From Bacteroidales bacterium (GTDB lineage Bacteria > Bacteroidota > Bacteroidia > Bacteroidales > WCHB1-69), in NCBI GenBank assembly GCA_045222555.1, contig JBGUYY010000091.1, forward strand, positions 11,598-75,597: 64,000 nucleotides of DNA, given 5' to 3'. This document shows, in pieces, positions 57,438-64,000 of the stretch. The number at the start of each line of letters is the position of its first letter. The stretch's first letter is position 1. The notes under the pieces were generated by a model. That model worked only from the letters and a program-made list of their open reading frames with translations, was not told the origin of the DNA and searched no databases. Position numbers and translations under genes: made by a program.

Positions 57438-57497
57438 AACTTTTCCAATAAGCTATGGGAAATGAGATCTAGTTGATTTGTCCTAAAATTCCTTTCA

Positions 57498-57944
57498 TCA
57501 TCGTTGAAGCTGCTTCACCGTGTTGTGGGCGAGGATTTCGGCGCGGTCGGCAACCGGGAAGGTGGGCGTCATCATGATGTCGAGCCACAACTCGCGGCCG
57601 TCGTTGCGCAGCTCGCGGCTGTCGGTGAGTTGGCTGACGATGAAACCTGCCGTTTCGGCATCCTCGAACGTGGCAGTGTCAATCATGCGGGCAATGTCGC
57701 CGAGACTTTGCGGGGCGAGCACCTGCACCGACACGCGGTCGTTCTGGATGTAGAAGTTGATGGCAAACTCGTCGTTCTGGTTCTCGAAAGTCCGCTCCAT
57801 CAGCGAAACGAGCTCGTGCATGCCGTACGACAATACACCGAACTGCTCTTCCAGCCCGAAACTGTCGCAAAGGTTTTCAATGGCACCCAATACGCGGCCT
57901 TGGGCGTTTTGTAAGTTAAGGTTTTGGATTTCAATGGTATACAT
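57498..57944 (-). CDS. Acidic 148-aa hypothetical protein; last gene of the rpiB/LutB-like/coiled-coil operon
   Basis: GC-rich coding frame, 12-nt gap to the upstream gene. No recognisable motifs. Confidence 0.55.
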   Translation of the reverse strand: MYTIEIQNLNLQNAQGRVLGAIENLCDSFGLEEQFGVLSYGMHELVSLMERTFENQNDEFAINFYIQNDRVSVQVLAPQSLGDIARMIDTATFEDAETAGFIVSQLTDSRELRNDGRELWLDIMMTPTFPVADRAEILAHNTVKQLQR

Positions 57945-57956
57945 GGTGGTGCGGTT

Positions 57957-60900
57957 TTATTCGATGTTATAAAAATATTGGTTGACTTTTTCTTTGTAAT
58001 AATAGTTGAGACTCGGCGGGATGGACTTGAGCATCTCAATCTGTTGTTGTGATTTCTTGTCCATATTCCACTCTTTGGGCGGGTTGGGGTTGATGACATC
58101 CCGTCCTTCATTGCTTTCCCGTTTCTCGTCCTGCTCGCGTTGCATCTGGGCGCGTTCGCTTTCCAGCATGCGCGTTTCGATGTTCTTCTGTCGGTTGATG
58201 GTTTCGGAGGTGATGTTGCGGTTCACGAGGTCTTTCTCCGTCTTCTCCATGTCGCGGATCATCTGCTCGATGGACTTGTCGCCCACGCCGTTCTCCGACT
58301 TGAGGGCGTCTTCGTACTCCTGCATCATCTTGCGGATGGCTTCCTGCTGGGCGGCCATCTTGGCGAGCTGTTCGCTGATGGACTGGCCGTTTTGTCCCTG
58401 CTGTCCCTCTTTCTTGCCCTGCTCCATGCTGCGCTTCAGGGCTTCCATCTGGCGGTTCAGCTGTTGCTGCAGTTCGCGGGCCGTCTTGGTCTTTCCCTTC
58501 CCGCCGGGATTGTTGCAGGAACCATTCCCGCTCTTGTTCTTATTTTTGCAGTTCTGGCACTCGCTCTGTTTCTGCTTCACCTCTTTCATCGATTCGGCGA
58601 GCATGAGGGCGAGGTTGTTCATGCTGGTCATGGCGAACTGCTGCTGTGAGAGGGCGTTCTGTACTTTCTGGTCTTTCAGGGAGGCGACAGCCGAATTGAT
58701 ATAGGAGTTGATCTTGCCGACCTCTTCGTTGATGAACGGCTTCACGGCACTCTGGCGGCGGGCCAGTGCGTTGAGCGAATCGGCAATCACCAGCATGTTT
58801 TCACGGATGTTGTGCTGCGTGCGGGCGATGTCGGGGAGCTGCGACGAGTGCTGGTTCAGCGGGCGCAGCCGCTCCATGGTGGATTCTTGGTTGAAGGAGA
58901 TCTGCACGAGATTGTCCAAGATCTGCCGCAGGCTTTCAATGTCCTCTTCCAAGTCCTCCTCTTCGTTATCCAGCATATTCTCTTCCATCTTTTCGGCCAT
59001 CTCTTCCATCTTCTCGCCGGCATCCTGCTGGCTCGAGGCCGCCTTGCTCCGGTTGTTCTTGTTCAGCGCATCCTTGCTGTCCTTGAAATCCTGCTCGATC
59101 TGCTGCTGCAACTCTTTCGTATCCAATAGCTTGTTGGGATCTTCCAGCTCCTTGTTGAGTTTGTTCAGGTCGTTGATGTCTTTTTTCAGCTCATTAAACT
59201 GATTCTCAATGTCTTGCTGTTTTTGCAGAAGTTCCTGTTTGTCAATGGCTTTCTGCTCGCTCTGCTTGGAGAGGGCTTTCTGTTCCTCCGACAGTTTTTT
59301 CGCTTTGTCGATAATGTCATTGTACTTCTTTTCAAACTCCAGTTGCTTGAAGAGTTCCAGCTGCTGGTCGAGGGTTTTGTTCAGTTCTTCCGTATTGTTC
59401 TTCACATCCTGAACCGTCTTCTTTACCTCTTCTTTGTTGCTGTTCTGCTGGTTGAGCTGGTCCATCATCCTCTGCAGTTTCTCGTACATCTCCTTGATTT
59501 CATCGGAAAGCACGTTGTTGAAACGCTCTTCTAACTCTTTCTGTTTTTTGATGAGGTTTTCAGGAATGTCCTTGTATTTATCCTCCATTATATTCTGCTG
59601 ATTCTGAGCTTGTTTCATCTCATCAATCTGCTTTTTCAGTTCCTCGTATTTCTCTGTCAGCTCTTGGAGTTTTTTCTTGTCCTGCCATGACATCTCCTTG
59701 TTCTGCATCATCTGTTGCTGCAGTTTGTCAATCTCTTTAAGCAGGTCTTTCGAGTCGTCAATGAGTTCTTTCAAGTCGCTCTTGGTCTGTGCGTTGCTGT
59801 TCTCCAGCTGTTCGTCAATCTCCTCTTCGGTCATCACGCGGTAGGTTTCGGCGGCGCTGCGGGCGGATTTGGGACCGTTGATGCCGTCGTTGTCGAACAC
59901 TTGGAAGTAGTAGTCGATGCGCTGGCCGGGTTCCAATCTCAGCACGCCGGCATCGAAATAGTGGTAGAAGTCCTGCACGGTGAGTTGGGAGTTGATGGGG
60001 ATGTTCTGTATTTGATTGGTTTCGAGAAGGTTGTCGTTTTTGTCGTATTTAGAATAGACGAACTGGGCTTTGGTGAAGCCGTAGTCATCGTGGATGGTGC
60101 CTTTGAAGTAGATGCGGTCGGGCAGCAGCGAGTCGGCCTGGCTCACCACGGTGATGTCGGGGTATTGGTCGGGCACCACGTTGATGTTGTGCTTGAGGGT
60201 GTCGGTGGAGGCGCAGAATTTGTTCTTGTTGGTGATGGCGTAGGAGAAGGAGTTGCGAATGGTTTTGGTGATTTTGTAGATGCCTTTTTCGGCGCGCACG
60301 GGTTCTTTTTCGTCCTCGAGGATGAATTGCAACTGGCTGGTGTTGCGGGTGTAAAAGGCCCAGGTCACTTGTGTGCCGTCGGGGATGGTGGCGTCGCCGT
60401 TGTTGTCGATGGTCTCGTCGTTCTTGTGGAGGTAGGCGGGGTAGTGGAGGGTCATGGCGAAGCTGACGATGACCGGCTTGGGCAGCACCGAGAGGGTGTA
60501 GTCGGGCGAGGAGGTTTCATCGGTGAAGAGGTGGAACTGGGTGTCGCCCTGCGGATTTTTAAAAGTATAGGTAAAATGAATGTTGTCGGTCTTGGTCATC
60601 TGGTACTTCCGTCCGGCGAGGTCGATGTAGAGGGCGTCGGGGGTTGCGTCGCCTTTGATTTTCACTTGCAGCACGAAGTCCTCATTTTGGAAGGTGGTGA
60701 GGGTGTCATTTTGAATTTCAAAAGAATAGGGAGCGGGTTTGGCGTAGAATTTGTCGTAATGGACGATTCTTTCGGTCGATTGGGTGAAAATTTCACTTCT
60801 GACGGAAAAGATGACGATGCAGAGCAGGATGGGGATGAGGGCCCATTTGATGTAGCGTCGGGTGTTTTTGAAGGGGATGGCCTTGACGAAGGGGAAGGGT

Positions 60901-61325
60901 TTGATTTTCTCGATCTTGGTGTCAATGGCGGCGGTGATGAGTTCTGCACTTTTGCATTCTCCCTTTTCGCGCATAGACTCTAACTGGAAGAGGTTGAGCA
61001 GTTTGTCGTCGATTTCGGGGAAATGCTGACCGATGATGGCCGCTATCTGTGTGGCGGTGAGTTGCTTGCCCACGCCGAAGATTTTAAGGAGGGGGATGAT
61101 GATGTAAAAGACGAGGGTGACGGCGAAGATGGCGAGGTAGGAGAAGAAGAGAACAGTGCGGACGGTGGTGTTGAAGTAGGAGAAATATTCGAGCAGGGCA
61201 TACGTGATGAACACCATCAGGGTGATGATGATGAAGATGAGCGCGCCGCGCAGGAGCCTGTTCAGGTAGTACTTGCGGACGAACTCCTTGATCTTCTGCC
61301 GTATGATCTCCTCGTTATTTGTCAT
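57957..61325 (-). CDS. 1122-aa membrane-anchored coiled-coil protein (DUF4175-like)
   Basis: N-terminal TM helices and a central globular region. A Gln/Glu/Lys-rich coiled coil of several hundred aa ends in a Cys cluster ECQNCKNKNKSGNGSC. Confidence 0.7.
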   Translation of the reverse strand: MTNNEEIIRQKIKEFVRKYYLNRLLRGALIFIIITLMVFITYALLEYFSYFNTTVRTVLFFSYLAIFAVTLVFYIIIPLLKIFGVGKQLTATQIAAIIGQHFPEIDDKLLNLFQLESMREKGECKSAELITAAIDTKIEKIKPFPFVKAIPFKNTRRYIKWALIPILLCIVIFSVRSEIFTQSTERIVHYDKFYAKPAPYSFEIQNDTLTTFQNEDFVLQVKIKGDATPDALYIDLAGRKYQMTKTDNIHFTYTFKNPQGDTQFHLFTDETSSPDYTLSVLPKPVIVSFAMTLHYPAYLHKNDETIDNNGDATIPDGTQVTWAFYTRNTSQLQFILEDEKEPVRAEKGIYKITKTIRNSFSYAITNKNKFCASTDTLKHNINVVPDQYPDITVVSQADSLLPDRIYFKGTIHDDYGFTKAQFVYSKYDKNDNLLETNQIQNIPINSQLTVQDFYHYFDAGVLRLEPGQRIDYYFQVFDNDGINGPKSARSAAETYRVMTEEEIDEQLENSNAQTKSDLKELIDDSKDLLKEIDKLQQQMMQNKEMSWQDKKKLQELTEKYEELKKQIDEMKQAQNQQNIMEDKYKDIPENLIKKQKELEERFNNVLSDEIKEMYEKLQRMMDQLNQQNSNKEEVKKTVQDVKNNTEELNKTLDQQLELFKQLEFEKKYNDIIDKAKKLSEEQKALSKQSEQKAIDKQELLQKQQDIENQFNELKKDINDLNKLNKELEDPNKLLDTKELQQQIEQDFKDSKDALNKNNRSKAASSQQDAGEKMEEMAEKMEENMLDNEEEDLEEDIESLRQILDNLVQISFNQESTMERLRPLNQHSSQLPDIARTQHNIRENMLVIADSLNALARRQSAVKPFINEEVGKINSYINSAVASLKDQKVQNALSQQQFAMTSMNNLALMLAESMKEVKQKQSECQNCKNKNKSGNGSCNNPGGKGKTKTARELQQQLNRQMEALKRSMEQGKKEGQQGQNGQSISEQLAKMAAQQEAIRKMMQEYEDALKSENGVGDKSIEQMIRDMEKTEKDLVNRNITSETINRQKNIETRMLESERAQMQREQDEKRESNEGRDVINPNPPKEWNMDKKSQQQIEMLKSIPPSLNYYYKEKVNQYFYNIE

Positions 61326-62403
61326 TTTCGTTGTTTTCTTGCATCCAAAGGATGTTGTAGAAGGGGTCTTGTTGTTGTTTAAAGTAGTTGTAGAGCATCT
61401 TGTTCTTGCCGAAGGTGGTCTTGTTGAAAAGCCAGCGATAGACTTTCCCGTTCATTTTGTTGAGTTTCTTTCGTTTGTCGAAAGTGTTGGCCAGTCGGCT
61501 CTTGCCGGGGTGTGACTGTCGGGCAAGTTCTATCTCTTTAAGTATCAAGTCGCAGAGGGGAATCTGTACGGGACACACTTGGTCGCAGTTCCCGCAGAGC
61601 ATGGCATTTTTGATGATGTGTTCGGTGTTGGTGGCGTGGTGGAGGAAGTTGTCGCGTACGAGATGGATGGGGGTATGTTCTTTGGTGTATTCGTACATGG
61701 GGCAGACCGTTTTGCACTTGTCGCAGTCGATGCAGTAGAGAGCCTCGCGCAGGGTGCTGTTCTGCATGATGTCGGTCACGCCGTTGTCGTACAGGAAGAT
61801 GGTGATCTGCACGGGGGTGTGGTTCACGCCTTGGCTGGGGTCGGCGAAGTTGGGTTCGATGAGGGAGAAGGGGCGGTTGATGAGTTTGACATCGTTGGGG
61901 AGATATTGCTGTTCTTGGGCGTGGGTGCGGAGGTAGAGGATGGTTTCGAGGTCGGAGGCCTTGTTGAGCAGTTTGCTGATGTCGAGCAGCACGAAGAGGT
62001 TGGGGATGCTGTTGAGGCAGTTCTTGGAGTTTTTGTTGAGCAGCACGAGGGTGCCAGTCTCCACGATGGCGAAGTCGGCCTGCACGAACAGGTAGGAGGC
62101 GCTGGACTTGCCGCTTTCCACGTCTGCGTAATGTACGGGGCGGATGGCTTTGGAACTGCGCAGCTCTTCCGGCACGTTGGGGAGGTCGAAGCACACCTTG
62201 TTGTAACGGGTTTGGGACAGAAGGCTGAGAACTGTTTCGGTGAGCTCGGTCTCATCGGATATCCAATACACTTGGTATCCCTTCTCCTTCATTTTACGGT
62301 CGAAGGAGGTGAGCTTGTTCTCCATGTCTTCTATATACTTCTGCCGTATGATGTTAGCGCGGGTGCGGCAGAACTCGAGGATTTCTTCGGGACTGAATTC
62401 CAT
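61315..62403 (-). CDS. LUD-domain plus 4Fe-4S protein (LutB-like)
   Basis: LUD-like QADFAIVETGTLVLL. Fe-S motifs CIDCDKCKTVCP and CGNCDQVCP. An 11-nt overlap joins it to the downstream gene. Confidence 0.7.
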   Translation of the reverse strand: MEFSPEEILEFCRTRANIIRQKYIEDMENKLTSFDRKMKEKGYQVYWISDETELTETVLSLLSQTRYNKVCFDLPNVPEELRSSKAIRPVHYADVESGKSSASYLFVQADFAIVETGTLVLLNKNSKNCLNSIPNLFVLLDISKLLNKASDLETILYLRTHAQEQQYLPNDVKLINRPFSLIEPNFADPSQGVNHTPVQITIFLYDNGVTDIMQNSTLREALYCIDCDKCKTVCPMYEYTKEHTPIHLVRDNFLHHATNTEHIIKNAMLCGNCDQVCPVQIPLCDLILKEIELARQSHPGKSRLANTFDKRKKLNKMNGKVYRWLFNKTTFGKNKMLYNYFKQQQDPFYNILWMQENNENDK

Positions 62404-62405
62404 AG

Positions 62406-62834
62406 CTATCGGAGGTTGATTTTTTCTACTCTTCTCTCGTGGCGGCCGCCTTCAAAGTCGGTGCTGAAGAAAGTCTCGACGAGGTCGAAGGCGGTCTCCG
62501 GCAGGATGAAGCGGGCGGGCATGACGAGCACGTTGGCATTGTTGTGCTGGCGGGCTAGGGCGGCGATTTCCTTGTCCCAGCAGAGGGCAGCGCGCACATT
62601 GGCATGCTTGTTGGCGGTCATGGCAACGCCGTTGCCAGTACCACAGATCAGGATGGCACGGGCTGTCGGGTCTTTTGAAACGGCTTCGGCAAGAGGATGC
62701 GCAAAGTCGGGATAGTCAACACTTTCTGTTGAATGCGTGCCGAAATCCATCCACTCATATTGGGAAGAAAAATGCTGTTTGATGGCCTCTTTTAACTCAA
62801 AACCAGCATGGTCAGATGCAATGTAAACTTTCAT
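62406..62834 (-). CDS. rpiB: Ribose-5-phosphate isomerase B
   Basis: ATG at 62834 (MKVYIASDHAGFELK). LICGTGNGVAMTANK. The TTG start at 62861 lies inside the -7 box. Confidence 0.88.
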   Translation of the reverse strand: MKVYIASDHAGFELKEAIKQHFSSQYEWMDFGTHSTESVDYPDFAHPLAEAVSKDPTARAILICGTGNGVAMTANKHANVRAALCWDKEIAALARQHNNANVLVMPARFILPETAFDLVETFFSTDFEGGRHERRVEKINLR

Positions 62835-62858
62835 GTCTATACATTTTTTCACAATCTG

Positions 62859-62866
62859 CAAAAGTA
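62859..62866 (-). promoter_or_regulatory. -7 box TACTTTTG (minus strand) for the rpiB operon
   Basis: The reverse complement of caaaagta matches TAnnTTTG. Confidence 0.45.
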
Positions 62867-62957
62867 CAAAATTTATCCGAATAAATTATCCACAATTTCA
62901 CCCAAAAATTGTGAAAAAAAATTCCAATTTGGGTTGAAGTGTGACAAAAAAATGCCG

Positions 62958-62965
62958 TATATTTG
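62958..62965 (+). promoter_or_regulatory. -7 box TATATTTG, with a TTG at 62934-62936, for the riboswitch-nrdD transcript
   Basis: Matches TAnnTTTG, immediately upstream of the riboswitch P1 stem. Confidence 0.5.
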
Positions 62966-62970
62966 CCACG

Positions 62971-63134
62971 CGATTCGGGTTCCTCGGATTAATAGGGAAT
63001 CCTGTGAAAATCAGGAGCTATTCCCGTAGCTGTAAAGTTCTACCCCCACTCTCTGTCTCAATGCCACTGACAAATCCTCCGATTGTCGGGAAGGCGGCAG
63101 AGAACAGAACAAGCCAGAAGACCTGCCCGCATCG
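62971..63134 (+). promoter_or_regulatory. Cobalamin (B12) riboswitch aptamer
   Basis: Hallmark blocks AATAGGGAATCCTGTGAAAATCAGGAGCT, GCCACTG, GGGAAGGC and B12 box GCCAGAAGACCTGCC. P1 pairs CGATTCGGG (62971-62979) with CCCGCATCG (63126-63134). Confidence 0.85.
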
Positions 63135-63229
63135 TCAAATGTAGCTTTCGGGATAAAAGCATACATGTCCGTGAGGATCCGTAATTATCCCTGTAACTTG
63201 CCATTAACCAACCAGTTAACCATAACCTT

Positions 63230-64000
63230 ATGATCGAAGAAGTGTACATTATCAAACGAAACGGAAAGAGAGAGCCGTTTTCGATTGACAAAATCCGAAG
63301 CGCCATCACCAAGGCCTTCATCTCCGTCGGGAGCTTTGCCACCCAGGAGTCGATGATTAACATCCTTAGCCGTCTCAACATTTACGACGGCATCCAGGAA
63401 GAGGAGATCCAGAACCAAGTGGAGCGTTCGCTGATGGCTGAGCGTTACTACGAGGTGGCCAAGGCCTTCATCCTCTATCGCCAGAAGCATTACGAAGACC
63501 GTGAAGTGAAGGAGAAACTTGACTTCCTGATCAATTATTGTAATGCCCAGAATGCGGCTACCGGCAGCAAGTACGACGCCAACGCCAACGTGGAGAAAAA
63601 GAACATCGCCACGCTCATCGGCGAGCTGCCCAAGTCGGGCTTCATCCGCCTCAACCGCCGTATGCTGTGCGACCGCATCAAGGAGGTGTATGGCAAAGAA
63701 TTGTCCGACAAGTATCTCTATTATCTTAACAATCACTTCATCTATAAAAATGACGAGACCAGTATTGCCAACTACTGCGCCAGCATCACCATGTACCCGT
63801 GGCTGCTCGGCGGTACCCAGAGCATCGGCGGCAATGCCTCCCGTCCTACCAACCTCAAGTCGTTCTGCGGCGGCTTCATCAACATGGTGTTCATGGTATC
63901 CAGCATGCTCAGCGGCGCCTGCGCCACCCCCGAGTTCCTGATGTACATGAACTACTTCATCGGTCAAGAGTACGGCACCGACTACTACAAGCGTGCCGAC
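63230..64000 (+). CDS. nrdD: Anaerobic ribonucleoside-triphosphate reductase (class III), N-terminal part; runs off the window
   Basis: ATG at 63230. ATP-cone MIEEVYIIKRNGKREPFSIDKIRSAITKAF. NrdD-like ...KYDANANVEKKN...NYCASITMYPWLLGG. The frame is open to the window end, so it is absent from the ORF track. Confidence 0.88.
   Translation, partial: MIEEVYIIKRNGKREPFSIDKIRSAITKAFISVGSFATQESMINILSRLNIYDGIQEEEIQNQVERSLMAERYYEVAKAFILYRQKHYEDREVKEKLDFLINYCNAQNAATGSKYDANANVEKKNIATLIGELPKSGFIRLNRRMLCDRIKEVYGKELSDKYLYYLNNHFIYKNDETSIANYCASITMYPWLLGGTQSIGGNASRPTNLKSFCGGFINMVFMVSSMLSGACATPEFLMYMNYFIGQEYGTDYYKRAD

Noticed and set aside
54880-57480. Looked for direct repeats (att sites) flanking the AbiE islet.
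   Set aside because: Only a 7-bp ATGAGAT match was found near both borders, which is too short to be meaningful by eye. No integrase or tRNA is adjacent.
61579-62715. 378-aa plus-strand ORF across the LutB-like and rpiB genes.
   Set aside because: It crosses two well-supported minus-strand genes and has antisense-type composition.
63185-63967. 260-aa minus-strand ORF opposite nrdD.
   Set aside because: The plus-strand open frame has an ATP-cone and NrdD blocks and is preceded by a riboswitch. The minus-strand ORF is a shadow.

Overview
This window reads as core chromosome of a Bacteroidota genome, Prevotellaceae-like in style. The evidence is AT-rich intergenic spacers carrying TAnnTTTG -7 promoter boxes, a SecDF fusion, a long NusB, DUF1573, a T9SS-plug (DUF5103) homolog and many lipobox proteins. 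The GC-rich coding DNA also generates many long antisense shadow ORFs.

I call about 62 protein genes, one tRNA-Gln(CTG), one cobalamin riboswitch in front of a window-truncated nrdD, several hairpin terminators, one sigma54-type promoter and a set of -7 boxes. Most genes are housekeeping: hsp20, pepD, ribH, fmt, hup, tyrS, yajC, nusB, tdk, pgk, secDF, rpiB and two M16 peptidases.

The items most worth a second look are:
1. A four-gene module at 13.7-16.6 kb: DRTGG protein, GHKL ATPase, an H-cluster-like sensory [FeFe]-hydrogenase homolog, and a membrane-anchored repeat protein. It has no catalytic hydrogenase, maturase or sigma factor nearby.
2. A protein in which the P-loop half of RapZ is replaced by an AmgK-like amino-sugar kinase domain (41.3-42.8 kb).
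3. A near-consensus sigma54 promoter plus an upstream palindrome in front of hsp20.
4. An AT-richer 2.6-kb islet with an AbiEi/AbiEii pair and two small envelope proteins.
5. A tightly coupled rpiB / LutB-like / 1122-aa coiled-coil membrane protein / 148-aa operon.
6. A subtilase with a predicted C-terminal beta-barrel.

All calls rest on reading the sequence and on motif recognition. No database search, HMM scan or covariance model was run, and no composition statistics were computed.
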